64,000 bases of DNA, from the NCBI RefSeq assembly GCF_001194135.2, contig NC_068992.1, forward strand, positions 5,138,710 to 5,202,709, written 5' to 3'. Made by a program: the position numbers and the translations under genes. The notes beneath the pieces were generated by a model. It made no database searches, was not told the DNA's origin, and saw nothing but the letters and a program-made list of their open reading frames with translations. The number at the start of each line of letters is the position of its first letter. Position 1 is the first letter of the stretch. This DNA comes from Octopus bimaculoides (lineage: Eukaryota). Shown piece after piece: positions 26,051-40,340 of the stretch.

Positions 26051-27139
26051 ACGGTGATGCCCTAGCATGACTGTAGCTTTAAACCTGATGCAAGTTAAAA
26101 TAGTTAGAGATATATATGTGTTTATATATCTGTATGTGTGTGCGTGTGAATGTGCGTCTTTGATTGAGTGCCTGCGCCTTTATATCATCAGTGCCGTCAC
26201 AAACACCGACAAAAATAATATCATATAGTATGAAGAAAGTAAATCCATTTCAATCACAACATATAGTGTGATTATCCAAGTATATTTTAAAAGTTCAATG
26301 GTCTATGGTCTACGAGAAATGAGTTTAGACTAAAGAGAAATAACAAATGAGTTGAGACTAAAGAGCAATAACAAAACAATTACAAGATAAATATGACCAC
26401 CAAGTCACTAAAAAAACCCGCCAAATATCACTGATATCTAATCCAATGCGCAGGGTGTTGATTCATGGCCAATAATGTTCTAGTAGAGGATAATGATAAA
26501 CCACAAAAATTGTGAAACGCCGATGTCTATCACATCAAAGTGGGATTGAAGTGAGATATCCCTCCTCTTCGTGACGTTCACGTGTTCTAACACCCGGTGC
26601 TTTGAGACCACACCAAACCATAGCCTACACGGGTCTTACGGATTGAGTTTATATGATTGACCTGTATGTATTCATCTATTTATATATATAGGCGTACATC
26701 TATGTCTATGTCTTGATGTGTGCATATATGTGAACGAAACCGGCGCGGAAACAACGATTTCAATAAATAAACGTGTTTACATTACAAGACATATTCAGTT
26801 CGCTCTTGCACTCCAGCTTAATATGTGAAAATCTTATACTCCGCTATTGTGTGTATTACTCAAGTTAAATTTAAAGAAAACTAGCTTGTGCTGCAGTTCG
26901 ATATAAATTTTCTCCATTTGTTAGATTACAGCTACGGTTGTTTCACACCACCAGTAGAATATGTGTGCATGTGTGTGTACATATATATGTATGCGTGGCT
27001 GTGTGCATATACATGTATATATAAATGCATACTGACATATATGTTAGATTTATATAAAATTATGTGTGTATTGGAGTGAAAATATGGGCTTATATGTGTT
27101 TGTGTGTCAGTATAAATGTTAATGTATATTTTCCTCCTG

Positions 27140-27142
27140 TAT

Positions 27143-27174
<32 letters not shown>

Positions 27175-27313
27175 NNNNNNNNNNNNNNNNNNNNNNNNNN
27201 NNNNNNNNNNNNNNNNNNNNNNNNNNNNNNNNNNNNNNNNNNNNNNNNNNNNNNNNNNNNNNNNNNNNNNNNNNNNNNNNNNNNNNNNNNNNNNNNNNNN
27301 NNNNNNNNNNNNN

Positions 27314-27373
<60 letters not shown>

Positions 27374-27444
27374 TAGATAGATACATAGATACATAGATAG
27401 ATATATTTGTACATACGTATGCACACGCACACACACCTATATAC

Positions 27445-27484
<40 letters not shown>

Positions 27485-27512
27485 GTGTATATATATATGT
27501 GTGTGTGTGTAC
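27140..27512. repeat. (TA)n/(GA)n/(GATA)n microsatellite cluster around a gap
   Basis: Direct repeats flanking N 27175-27313. Confidence 0.95.
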
Positions 27513-28849
27513 ACCTCTCAAATCACATTAGCCTGAATAAATGAAGCTTTACTCAATGATGTCTACTGGTCATAAAGTAAAAACCATAAACTAATTTTCC
27601 GTCAGTACACCATCATTGCTACTGCAACGTTAACATAGAAATTACAGTTAATATAAATCCCATGTTGATACTTGAAAAATATGTTCTGTCTTGTTTGTTT
27701 TGGATATTACTTGAGTTTTATTTTTAATTTTTCCCTTTGTTGCAAATGTTTCTATTTCATATATCCCTGTTCTGTGCTTTCGGGTTTTATTAAGAATTCA
27801 TGCGCATATACGTCTAGTAAGTTACACAATACTTTGAATCATCGAATGTCAATTGTATTTGGAATTACTATAGAATATATTTTCATAACGTTTTCTTCTA
27901 TATTTGTATAGATTTTTATAGCGAATAAATATTCATTCATGCGCACAGACACACATTTACTAACATGCACGGAAACACACAGACACTGACATGTATACAC
28001 AATCACATACACAGGTACACATACATATACTTATATAAGTATGTGTGTTTGTATGTTGCTATACATATATGCGTGTGTGTTTCCTTGTGTGTGCCTGTGT
28101 ATATGTGTGTATTCTCACATTGAATTTATTTGAATAATTTTGTTCTCTCCCCAGTGAAGGTACACAATAATATTACAATGCACTCTAAGCAAAGTTTATT
28201 AACATTATTACGCTTCTAATACAATGACACAATTATTTAGATTATTTTTGCTCCTAGTTCTTTCCGGTACCTACACGTTATTCAATAGTTCCAGCTTTCA
28301 ATGTTGTATGAATTGTTATATTGCTGTCCTGTGTGCAAATTAAAGTTGCTATTTAATTCGATTTAAACTTTTTCGATGATATTTTCCTTCTTTTACACTT
28401 ACGACTTTAGTGTGGTTTGCGTATGATATAGAGGCTATATAAATATAGGGGTTATGTTTATGTATCCTTCAAGATCTGGCTCTGAAAAATTGTCTTCAGA
28501 ATATACGAATCACGCCCTGATGTGTTACCAATATGCAAGACAATACTTATCGGCAACAGCTCAAATCAAGCTCTTTACTCCTGCTTTTCAGAACTCCTCA
28601 CTTGTGCAAAGCAAAATGGGTTGTGTGAATAATTTGTAACCATATGTTACCGTATGCAACAATGAAAGATATCTGCAAGAAAAAGATCAAATGTGTTTAG
28701 TTTATAAACATCAGTGAATCTTAAGACAATGCGAAATGCCGCCCTATCAAATCATTAAAACAAACTAGAATCTAGAAAGTATTGCCGAAATCTTGAGACG
28801 TCTGTTTTACCTTTCACAAAAATATTGAATCATATATGTATAGGGATAA

Positions 28850-29451
28850 TTCGGCGTTATGTTGAGATAAGTGCGGAAGTGATACTATATTGCTTCTTGG
28901 CGAGAAACTAACCAGTGCGGAGAGCTAGGTGACAGAGTTCATTGTCGTCGTGAAGATCCGGCTGCTTTCGCCAAATTACATCCTATACACCACACTTGTA
29001 AACGTCACGGTAGAACTTCCATTTGACGGTCTGGCACTGGACGATGAATTCACGATGCACAATACCGTGAATGTCGGAATCAAATAGATGAGTATACTTT
29101 TGATTGACGTATAGCTCTGTCGCGCCGCTTTTGAAACGTCAGTGTCGCTCATGACATTGCCTATGACCCATCGCCTCTTTGCTATAAATTTCACTGGTCA
29201 TAGCCAATGTGTCTCTCAAATTTTTACTTTGGCTTTTTATTCCAACTTCCTGCCTATGACAAAAACGCAGACTACAGCATACACGTGAACGCAAAAACAA
29301 AAGATTCGCAATTTGCGAAGTAGACGCAGCACTGTGACTCGCTACATTGCCTCTTGAAAGTCACTGATATCTCTCGCAGTGCGTGCAACCGTGTAGTGCC
29401 AACTACTGGTGCGCTTCGGAACACGTCTCAGAACTTTCCGTTAAAACCTCG
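28850..29451 (-). mobile_element. Mariner element, internally deleted, related to 16801-17528
   Basis: TIR-like (TA)CGAGGTTTTAACGGAAAGTTCTGAGAC. It shares the 5' UTR motifs cttcctg.c.atgacaaaa and agtagacgcagca.tgt.ac with 17321-17420. Minus-strand remnants include DIHGIVHREF and LHDDN...FLAKKQ (HHDNAPAH...FLAK-like). Confidence 0.85.
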
Positions 29452-30529
29452 TATATATGTGTGTGTGTGTGTGTGTGTGAGTTTCTATATATGTAAATGT
29501 GCCTGTTCGTTATATTGAAAAATCTACGATGCTTTCGTATAATCATTGTTTAGTAAATTTCACTTTATCACCGTATCAGACACATTCTTTTTTTTTTTTT
29601 GAGACAAATATCCCCCAATTCATCATTATTCAGTCGACAATTCATAATGTTGCACGGATTTGGTTTCTGAGTTGCCTAGCTTATAGCATGTGGATTTATA
29701 TTTACAAACTTTAACCGATAGAACCTCAGAGATCTACGACACAAATTTGTATTTCAGACGTCTGTATATTGTCAGTTAGTGTAGAATTGGGTTGCCTTAT
29801 CAGTATTAATTCCATAATCCATCGTCTACTCTAGGGAATTCTATCAAGTATGACGAATTCCTTCTTCGCATTTTAAATAATATTACTCCATTTCTAAGCA
29901 TAAGCATTTACATTAAAATCGATACATTGCTTCAGTTTACCCAAAAGACATGCGCGAACGCATATACCTTCAGGGAGATTGAGAATTCCCCCATAATCTC
30001 AAAATGTCAACGGCAAACTCTCTGCTTGTGAATGCACTTGGATTCACTTTGACAATAAAGACAATGGGTACACAAAAAATTCACTGATTAAAGCCAACGA
30101 TATATAACGATGGCCATTCAAACAAACTATTACAACAATCTACCGATGAATGGGAAGAGAAACACAAAGTATGAAATACAATAGATAATAGTTCTGCTAC
30201 GAATGTATGGAACACACAGAACGTGCATTATATGAAAGAAATGCATTCCATGTTGAGAGAAGATGAACCCATAATCAAATAAGTCAGAAAATATAATAAA
30301 CAACTCTTAGTAATCTATGTGCTGACGTAGTTAATATTAGAGAAAAGCAAATAAACAAAAATGGAAGCCGAGTTAAGAATACACCACACGCGTATAAGCA
30401 AGAGAACAGAGTTAGAATATCCAACGTAAATTATTAATTTAATTGTATAAATGAAAGCTGAATATTTTATAATTTCAACTGTTACATCGGACAACCAAGT
30501 TCAACACATTTGCTACTCTGAATATGTAT

Positions 30530-30620
30530 ATATCTGTATGTGTACGTATGTGTATGCATCTATGTGTATGTGTGTGTGTGTGTGTGTGCGTGTGTGTATG
30601 TGTGTGTGTGTGCACATATG
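30530..30620. repeat. (TG)n/(TATG)n microsatellite
   Basis: Direct repeats. Confidence 0.9.
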
Positions 30621-32292
30621 AATGAATATACATATGTGTTTGATGATTACTTCGAGTATGGGGTTGTAAAATACAATTTATATTGAATCCTCCTCTGCAG
30701 ATTTGACTGTATTAAACATTTCATCTAACAGTCTCTTTCTTTAATTACTTAGACATTATCTCGCTTTAGCTTGATAATGTATTCTATAAAGTACTAAACA
30801 TCTTACCATGTAGCTTAATTTTATGTATTTTATTCATATTTAATAAAAGCAAAGTAAATATGTTCGGTACTAATTGTAAATAGGTTATGTTCTATGTCTA
30901 CTATTGATTATTTGAAGCTGCGTTTCATATAATGATTTTATGTTTTCTCATTGTAATTATTTACTTTGCTTTCCGTTAAATCAGTTATTCCTCGATTAAT
31001 ATTATTCACATTAAATTTGTATTCAGTTAAATTCTTATTTACCCAATTTTAGCTATTATTGTTCGTTAAATTTCTATTGCATACAGAGTTTGTGTAAAAG
31101 CATTTAGTAAATGTTATTTTAATGCTCCGTTGATATTTTATGTAGCGTTTATTTTCACTTGCAACACATGGATATCAATTCCTGATGTTTACTATCTCTT
31201 AGAAAAATGAGGAGTTACGAAATATGCCACTTCTTGTACCTGATATTTTTTTATGAATCTGGGCTTATCTGTCGCTTTTCTTATACATAATAACCGACTT
31301 ATATTTCTGAGAGACAAACTACTGGTGTGAATAAAGGTTTCATCAATGAGCAGACTTACCAATTATATTAATATTGATATCAAAACTTGGTTCCAGTGAT
31401 AAGTTAACGTAAACATAATTCAAAATCAAGAGTTTTCTTTGTTTTTTGTTTAGATAATATATTTTTTAGTTATGCGTAATCACTTTTCAGGACTGACAAC
31501 TCCAAATGGCCGCTAAATATTGTTTAATGGAGTCTATGATTACTACTCAAGCCTACAGTTTTAGAATAACTTTCCTGTTTCATGCACTGAAACATGTCAT
31601 CCTTAAACATGTTATGTTATCTTCTCTAATATGTGGACAGCTTCATTAAAATTTTCTAATATAGGGGACTGTGAACAAGTTAATGAGATCCCGTTTCTAA
31701 CAAAAACCTTTACCAATGCAGAGTTGCTCTTGAATCGTCTAGCCTCATTACATTCCCCCTTCGATGACATGTAAATTTACTTCCATAAACCATGGGAACA
31801 CGCAATTTCGAATGACGTTCATTAAATACGGCCAGATCAGAAGCTATTAGCTTCATCTCTGCTCATTACAATTCCACTTTACCGTCTTCGAAACATGACT
31901 TTTATGTAAGCTGTCCACGTTAGGTACTACTTCCCGATTAGCTCATTAGCTTTTTCCTGCCTCTTCTAACCAAGGGCACAATGGCTATATAACACCATCT
32001 ACTTATCTTAAGAAATTTATGTTGCCATTGATTTAGAGGATTAACTAACTACACAACATTAACACCATATTAGCAGCATATAATTTACTTTATCACGCTA
32101 CACACTGTCTCTTTAGCCCACACGATTTCACTAAACACACTCTCAGATAAAATACCTCTGTATTTCAATTACCGTTTCAGAACCGACAGTTATTAGGCAT
32201 GTGATTTGCGATTCAGAAACTTCTGATAGATTTAATTACTGCCAGTTTAATAATCATTTACAGCACAATCGAAGTAGTTATACACCGTCGCT

Positions 32293-32300
32293 ATCATCAC

Positions 32301-32335
<35 letters not shown>

Positions 32336-32373
32336 CCATCATCGTCGTCATCGCCGTCGCCGTTGTAGTCACC

Positions 32374-32424
<51 letters not shown>

Positions 32425-32432
32425 GTCATCAT
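32293..32432. repeat. (CAT)n trinucleotide array with a (CGT/CGC)-type interruption
   Basis: Direct repeats; explains the poly-Met ORF. Confidence 0.95.
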
Positions 32433-32797
32433 CGCCGGCGACAATAGCAGCTGCACTAACAGCATCACAATCGAAGAATATGACTATTAGAGTTCCTTAA
32501 TTGGAGTGATAGGAATTACTATTTAGGAGAGAAATCAATATTAATCAATTTAAAGTACCAACTAACGAGTACGAAGTCTATCAGAATGAAATATTTAGTT
32601 GTAGTTTCGATATTCTCCAGAAGTCTTTTAGAACATTATTCCGAAAGAGAACATTTTTTTCTTTCTTTCGTTTTCCTTTCTTTGTGACTCAAAGTTTAGG
32701 TCCACGTAAATTCACCTCAAAATATTTCAAGAATTTACTGAATAATAGTATGATGATAATGATTATAATGATAATGATGATGAAGATAGTAATGATA

Positions 32798-32843
32798 TTC
32801 TTCTTCTTCTTCTTCTTCTTCTTCTTCTTCTTCTTCTTCTTCT

Positions 32844-32890
<47 letters not shown>

Positions 32891-32955
32891 TTCTTCTTCT
32901 TCTTCTTCTTCTTCTTCTTCTTCTTCTTCTTCTTCTTCTTCTTCTTCTTCTTCTT
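32798..32955. repeat. (CTT)n/(AAG)n trinucleotide tract, about 52 units
   Basis: Nearly perfect repeat with one interruption. Confidence 0.98.
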
Positions 32956-34364
32956 GGTCTCTAAATATGGGATACTCACGCTGAATTCATTTTATTTACG
33001 TGCTACTCATAAAGTATTCACCAGCATAAAAACAATGTCATGGAAAAACTGAGAAATGTTATCTAAATACATGTACCATAAAATATTGAACGGAGACATC
33101 GTACTAAATTCTGTACTTTCACATACCTGATTGCTAAAAGTAGATTATGATGCAAATAAACACACTTTAAAATTCTAAATAATTGTAAACTAAATATTTT
33201 AAAGCGTTTTGCAAATCACGCTGATATGATATTCATATATGCGTTCCAAATTAGCGTCGTGGTTTTTATTCTCATCAGACGTTTTATATATATTGAGATG
33301 GATACTGTCAATTTTTAAGGCTCGGTGACTAATGAATTAGAGTTATATATTAGAGACACTATGGCATATCTGCCCCACAGTTGTACCTTGAATGAATACC
33401 CTTTAACACATGAATTAATATCATAAATTGCGCATTTTTAGTTACACTTATAATATCTTGTACACGCGGTTCCTGTTTTTGTCAAAGGAGATATCGAGGG
33501 GGTGAGAGATAAATATAGAAAGAACGAATTGCATAGAGTATTCCATGGAAAATAATTAAAATGTACTCTATAAATATCAATCAATCAACACGCCGAATTG
33601 TATATAAAACAAAATAAACAGAGATAATATGTGAGAACAGATGTGTACATCATAACTATGTCTCTTACTTCTACTTATATCCAAATTTCCCTATTTCTTT
33701 ACTCTCTCGCGTTTCATAAAGTTCCGTACGATAATCCATTTTGTCTACAATGAACTGTGGAATGGATGACATATGCAGTTTATGACGAATAATCACACAT
33801 TACAGAAATACTTGCTAAGAATGTTATTACGTTTTTTTCCTTCCAGTAGTATTTTTTTTTCTCATTGAGTTTACTACTAAGAGAACTTGATACTTCAAGC
33901 TAACTGCAGCTGTTTGATTGTGGAAACGTCTTTCTATTCAAATTGAAATATTTGATTTTTCCAATTCATATTTACATACAGCACTACCACAACCGTAAGA
34001 GGATTCACAGTAAAAATCAAAAACAATAAAAATGAAATAAAGACAGCTATAAATGATTCGTATATAACCCTGTCTCATTATGTCCGATCATGTGTGCGTA
34101 TATATGCTGTATATATTACGTGATCAACATTTATGGTCCACGTCTCAAATTTTTATATAAGTAATTGAAAGCTTCACTTATTCAAAGTTTCCTTAGACAT
34201 CAGCTGTTCTAAATTATGTAAGACATAATTCTTAGATATTTTTTACTTTATATATATTTTCTGCACAACTTGATTTCTTTATAAATTCTCATGGGTAAGC
34301 TTAACTCTATTGACATATTCCTTGAATTACTTGAATTAATATTTCAAAAAGACAGAAAAACGTA

Positions 34365-34477
<113 letters not shown>

Positions 34478-34742
34478 GACAGAGAGTCAGAGAGAGAAAG
34501 AGGCAGACAGACAGTGAACAAAGACTAACAGATCAATGCAACGAAATGGGAGATGAGATGGCCGCATCATATTTAGAATCTATTGAGAAATATGTGATAG
34601 TTAAAATGATGTTCTCTGAGTGAGTGTGACATTGTAAATCAAATGAGATATATGATAATAAGAAAAGAAAATCTTTGTCAGGAGGATTAAATTTGCATAT
34701 GTCAAAATCTTATCAGATAGATATCGATGGCATTGTTCATGT

Positions 34743-34785
<43 letters not shown>

Positions 34786-34793
34786 CTGGATAA

Positions 34794-34840
<47 letters not shown>

Positions 34841-35131
34841 TGTGTGTGTGCGTTTGTGTGTATCACACTCATACACACACACATGTATTTATGTATATAT
34901 CTTATACATCTAATGATTTCCTTATATATAACTAGATAACACTGACTTTATTAAATGGACTCATCAAATATGTCAGGAAATACTGTAAAAAAGTTTATTG
35001 GTTATGTTTATTAAATAAATAAATGCATAAATAGATATTAGAATTAGAAGCGAAGATGACAGGCAATTCCTTAAGTAATGATACTAATAAATATCCATAA
35101 TAAAAATAATATGAAGATGCAACAGCAGCAA

Positions 35132-35380
<249 letters not shown>

Positions 35381-35673
35381 TTTTAAATGCCAATCTTGTA
35401 TTAAATTTTTCTTCCGCAACAAAAATAGCATCAAGAAAATAAAGAATGAATATTTTACATAATGAAATTATAAATGCATGCGTATATGCATAAGGTTGTT
35501 GGCACATTCTCGTCATAGAAACGTCAATTGAAAATTGCAACGGAAGATTACATTTTCAGAAGCAATTTCTACTTTCATACAATAATCTCTGAGATATTCT
35601 ACTTGGTAACATACATGTAAATGATCTATGCAGACTGGTAGTAATGGAAAAAAAGATAAATCATATATATATA

Positions 35674-35800
35674 CAGGGGTTGAACAAAATAATGGAAACA
35701 CATAGCATCATAATATCATAATTATGAAATATCAATAAAACAGTCAAAAGCTACTTTATTTTTATGTTTTTTGAATTATTATTAGTCTTGCTTAATATAT
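35674..35800 (+). mobile_element. Tc1-like DNA transposon terminus
   Basis: TA followed by CAGGGGTTGAACAAAATAATGGAAACAC, a typical Tc1-family TIR pattern. No transposase is seen. Confidence 0.55.
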
Positions 35801-35814
35801 TTTTGCTATTAGGT

Positions 35815-36680
35815 GTCGCTGTTAATGCTTTCTTCTTTATTATTCTAGAGAGGGTCGTTGTATGTCTCTTCTTGCGATGTCTTAAAGTCAAAAGACGGTT
35901 GTTTATCTGGATTTAAATTTTCTTTCCACTGATCCATCGTTGCTATAGTTTGCTGAGGATATATATAATGCATACCCTATAAGACATTTAGATTTATCTC
36001 TTCATGTGCATCCGGGGTAAGTTTGAACTCTTGGTTGTTCATTGTTACATGTCTTTACATTAGATCGGGGAGCAAGAAATAGCTTTCTGTATCTATGGTT
36101 GCTAGAAACGTGAATGCCTTGTACCTATATTTGTTATAGCATTTAAGAGAAAAAGAAGGCTTGTCTACACAAGACCTATGCTTACAGCAAATTATTGGGG
36201 AGATGGTATTATAAAGGATTTAATCACTCTAACCGCTAAGATGCTGAACATAATGATAATGACGAGAGTCGGTTTTAAATATTTCTTTAGAAGTAGAAAG
36301 CCATATAATCTTACCGCTATTGTTTGAGGTTGTTAAGATTCAAAATCCAACAGGTGGGAGGCAGGAATGATTATTAACATATTTCAGATTCTCCTTGAGT
36401 GTATGAACGGGCTTATAGGAATTAGTTGTGAACACAAAAGAGACATCTAAAACATCGGTCCGACTTAGATAAGAGTCAATAGAGATTTTATGTCTTGAAG
36501 ATAGCAATTAACTGTTTTTGAAAGGAATTCATAGAATTGTCATGAAATTTGTGTGGGTCTGCCAATACATTCAGACGCTATATATATAAAATTTCGAATT
36601 TAGTTCAATGAGTGTAAATTGGCCAAATCGAGTGTATCTGCGCTGGTATATGAACACATTGGGACTTCGAATAGTTCACT
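35815..36680 (-). mobile_element. Penelope-like element relic (RT C-terminal half plus GIY-YIG remnants)
   Basis: Minus strand LFEVPMCSYTSADTLDLA (PLE F.VPMGSY..A...LVG), ISIDSYLSRTDVLDVSF...SYKP...LKYVNNHSCLPP (FLDVTF...Y.P....YV...SNHPP) and FKSR.NN..LRHRKKRHTTTLSR. Confidence 0.8.
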
Positions 36681-38851
36681 TGTTTTAATCTAATTTCTCC
36701 AAACAGATCCGCCATGGCCTTGTGATTTGGTAGTCCAAAGATGAAAGATATCCGTATTGCGCATATTCATGTGTATGCGCGCGTGTATGTTTGTCCGTGT
36801 GTATGTGTACGTGTGTGTGTGTACGTGTGTGTGCATGCGTGTGTATATGCATATAGACACTCGTTTATACTCATATACATGCAAACATGGATATGTGAAA
36901 ATCTTTTCTGGAAGTAGTGGATCCCGAAGCAGATACTAAAGATGAAAATTAATGATCGTTAATATTGTGTTGCAAAAACACAATATTAACATTCTAACAC
37001 GATGAGCTAGAAGTCGATGGATGTGTAAAGTTTAGTTACTATCTTTGATAACTTTATCTTCTATACCAAACATATTATTTCCTTTGTTGGTGTGCACACA
37101 CAAAGACACACACACATGCAAGCAGATGTTCAAACATAAGTATGTGTATGTGTGTGTAACAATTACACACATGCAAATTATGATAAGGAAAATTATTTGT
37201 TTTTATAAAATAATATAAACTGCAGCGCCAGTTTTTATCGTTCTAGATGTCGTCTTGTTTGTGTGAGAAAGGGTAATATTGAACTCTTGAATAGAATTGA
37301 CAAATAATTCTTATAAACCCATGGCTACTCAGAAAATATTCACTCCGGGAATAAAAAAAATACCCTCGACTGCCTTTCCCAAGGTTTTCGCGTATGTAAT
37401 TTCACAAACCACTCCCATGACAACATAAGAATGTTGAGAACATTTTCGTTCAATGTTCTGAATTCGTCGCCCAGTGTGTTCGATCCAAAACCATATAGTC
37501 GATGTTTTCAAAATTCTGCAAAACTTCGGAAGCAATTCAGTAGTTTTAATCTCACCATAATATTAGTCCCCCTGTAATTTTTTTTTTTTTTTTGGCTTAA
37601 TCTCACATTATAATTATCAAGCATGAAATAATATACATCAGAGAAAACCTCACGCATATCGGCCGAATAATTTATGTGCCTTATCTATTTCATATTTGCA
37701 ACAAACACTATAATATTTATTATATTACATTGTCGATTTTTTTCTGATGGCTGTATACAAAATAATATCCTGCTATAGACGTACTCTACTGACATATAGC
37801 CTGAGGTTAATACAAGGCTAATATTTGTAAAACATACGGCTGTCGTAAACTTATCCTTTCACATTATTTAATGATATATGGAACACTGAACGTAGTTTTG
37901 ATGTATCGTACACCAATGCATAGAAGACTGTTTTCTTGATCCAATATAATTATATTATTTTTATTGATGATCCATATCACAGATATCCTATTAGATACCC
38001 TACAAGTGTAAGCTACCGCTCTTATTTTATTTGACAATCACTCACTTCTAGATTACCTGATCGGCTGAAAGCCAGATCCAATCAAAGTTGATAACTTTTG
38101 TAGTTGAATACTATGAAAATATTCGCGGTCGCCAGCATTTTATGCTACGAGCAGTAATCAAGAACAGAGAAAATCAAATAAAGCTCAAGTTGGAGAAATA
38201 TAAGATCAAGGCAATCAATTTCATTCCGATGTGTATGAAATTAGACTTAACATGGTTGTTACAAATCTCTAGCGAGAACCAAGCTCGTTCTTTCACGTGT
38301 GTGACCTTTCGTGATAAAAACCGACTCGAATAATAACATTGATACCTGCTGTGATACTTAAAACGACAGTAAAAGAAAATCAGTATTAATGACACAGCGA
38401 AAAGGAAGCCACTACGCAGTGGTAAGAGAGAATGTATTCGTAATATAAGTCCACTTCAAATTTCGACTTGTCATGACAACAATAAATAACAATCTTATGA
38501 AATACGACGTGTACTTCGACAACAAACGAACACTCTGACCTGCTATATGAAACTAGAGCCATTACTTTTTGATCACGCTACAAGTAAAGCACTGCAAATA
38601 ATTTCGGCAAATGGCAAATCATTTCCGAGAACTCGCTATTCTGATTTCCGTACAAAATGTTCAAAATTAAGAGCTGCCATTGCACACCGAGATATTTGCG
38701 ATATAAATTTTTACGGGGTAAAAAGCAAAACACCGTAAAAAAAACATTTGCATTGCTAGCTATATATGACTGTGGAATTTTACTATTCGTAGGCAATATA
38801 CACGTACATACATACACACGTAGATACATACATACATACATACATATACAT

Positions 38852-38885
<34 letters not shown>

Positions 38886-39478
38886 TANNNNNNNNNNNNN
38901 NNNNNNNNNNNNNNNNNNNNNNNNNNNNNNNNNNNNNNNNNNNNNNNNNNNNNNNNNNNNNNNNNNNNNNNNNNNNNNNNNNNNNNNNNNNNNNNNNNNN
39001 NNNNNNNNNNNNNNNNNNNNNNNNNNNNNNNNNNNNNNNNNNNNNNNNNNNNNNNNNNNNNNNNNNNNNNNNNNNNNNNNNNNNNNNNNNNNNNNNNNNN
39101 NNNNNNNNNNNNNNNNNNNNNNNNNNNNNNNNNNNNNNNNNNNNNNNNNNNNNNNNNNNNNNNNNNNNNNNNNNNNNNNNNNNNNNNNNNNNNNNNNNNN
39201 NNNNNNNNNNNNNNNNNNNNNNNNNNNNNNNNNNNNNNNNNNNNNNNNNNNNNNNNNNNNNNNNNNNNNNNNNNNNTATATATAATACAAAAAATATATA
39301 TGCATGTATACACACATATATGTGTATACTTTCATCTACATGTGTATATAGATGCATATCAAGGTACAGGACGTTAGAACAATGAAATACAGACAACGGA
39401 ACGAACACATAGGAAAACAGAAAGCTACTTGGAATTATTCATCAGCTGCCTCTATTCTAACTCGACGTTTCTAAGATA

Positions 39479-40340
39479 CGAGGTACGATCAATAAGTATG
39501 CGGACTGGTGCCAAAGTAACGAAGGTAAAGTACGCGCAGGAAAGCCGCACGGCAAAGTTTGAGAACCACCGCTGCTGTGCATGCGCATCAATTTTCAACG
39601 TCCGCTCTCTACGGCATACGTCCGCTCTCTACGGCAGTGCTTCAAAAGAATGTTTGTAGCCAGTGATCTTCGCATTGACTATGACGAGAAAAGTTGTTAT
39701 AGCGATACCTGCTCAGAGGCATATACAAGGTTGCAAAAAGCTTACTGAAAAGAGTGTATGAGTCGCACACATGTGTACGAGTCGTTCAGAGGTTTCCAAG
39801 ATGGCCGAAAAAAATGTTGATTTTGACGAACGTTTTGGGAGACCCGCAACCAGCAGAAATGAGCAAAACATCCCAGATGTGCTAGCAGTTGTTAAGGGAA
39901 ATCGGCAAATCACCATCCGTAATTTTTCAGGGGTACTGCAAATTAGTTGAAGTTCAGTTCAGTCTATTATCACTGACGATTTGGGAATGAGACGCGTGTC
40001 TGCAAAGTTTGTGCCAAAACCAACTTCAGTTGACCAAAAAGAGACTCGGGTTCCATTTGCACAATGTCTCTTTGAGGGTATCGAGAATGATGAACACATC
40101 TTGAAAATTTGCATAAGCCTCTGAGCAGGTATCACCAAGCTTTAGGCAAAATTTGATGCAGATTCTCTGCTTAACTTCCGCCATGGTCAACGCGACAATC
40201 ACACGCTACACACCTTCCTTCCAAGCACTTAGAGTGCATACTAACAGCGTTTAAGTTCAATTCGTGCCAGGCGGCTTCACTGCGCGTGCTGAAGTTCCGT
40301 TACTATGCCAATAGTCCGGATACATATTAATGAGACCACG
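39479..40340. mobile_element. Mariner derivative made of two 5' ends in inverted orientation, TA-flanked
   Basis: TA at 39477-78 and 40341-42. Plus half: TIR, 5' UTR and transposase N-terminus (DTCSEAY...DERFGRPATS...DLGMRRVSAKFVPK). Minus half, about 40100-40340: TIR, 5' UTR and MAEVKQRICIKFCLKLGDTCSEAY. Confidence 0.9.

Noticed and set aside
37550-37576. Possible partner TIR (ccccctgta) for the Tc1-like end at 35674
   Set aside because: The match is short and gapped, and the intervening sequence shows no Tc1 transposase.
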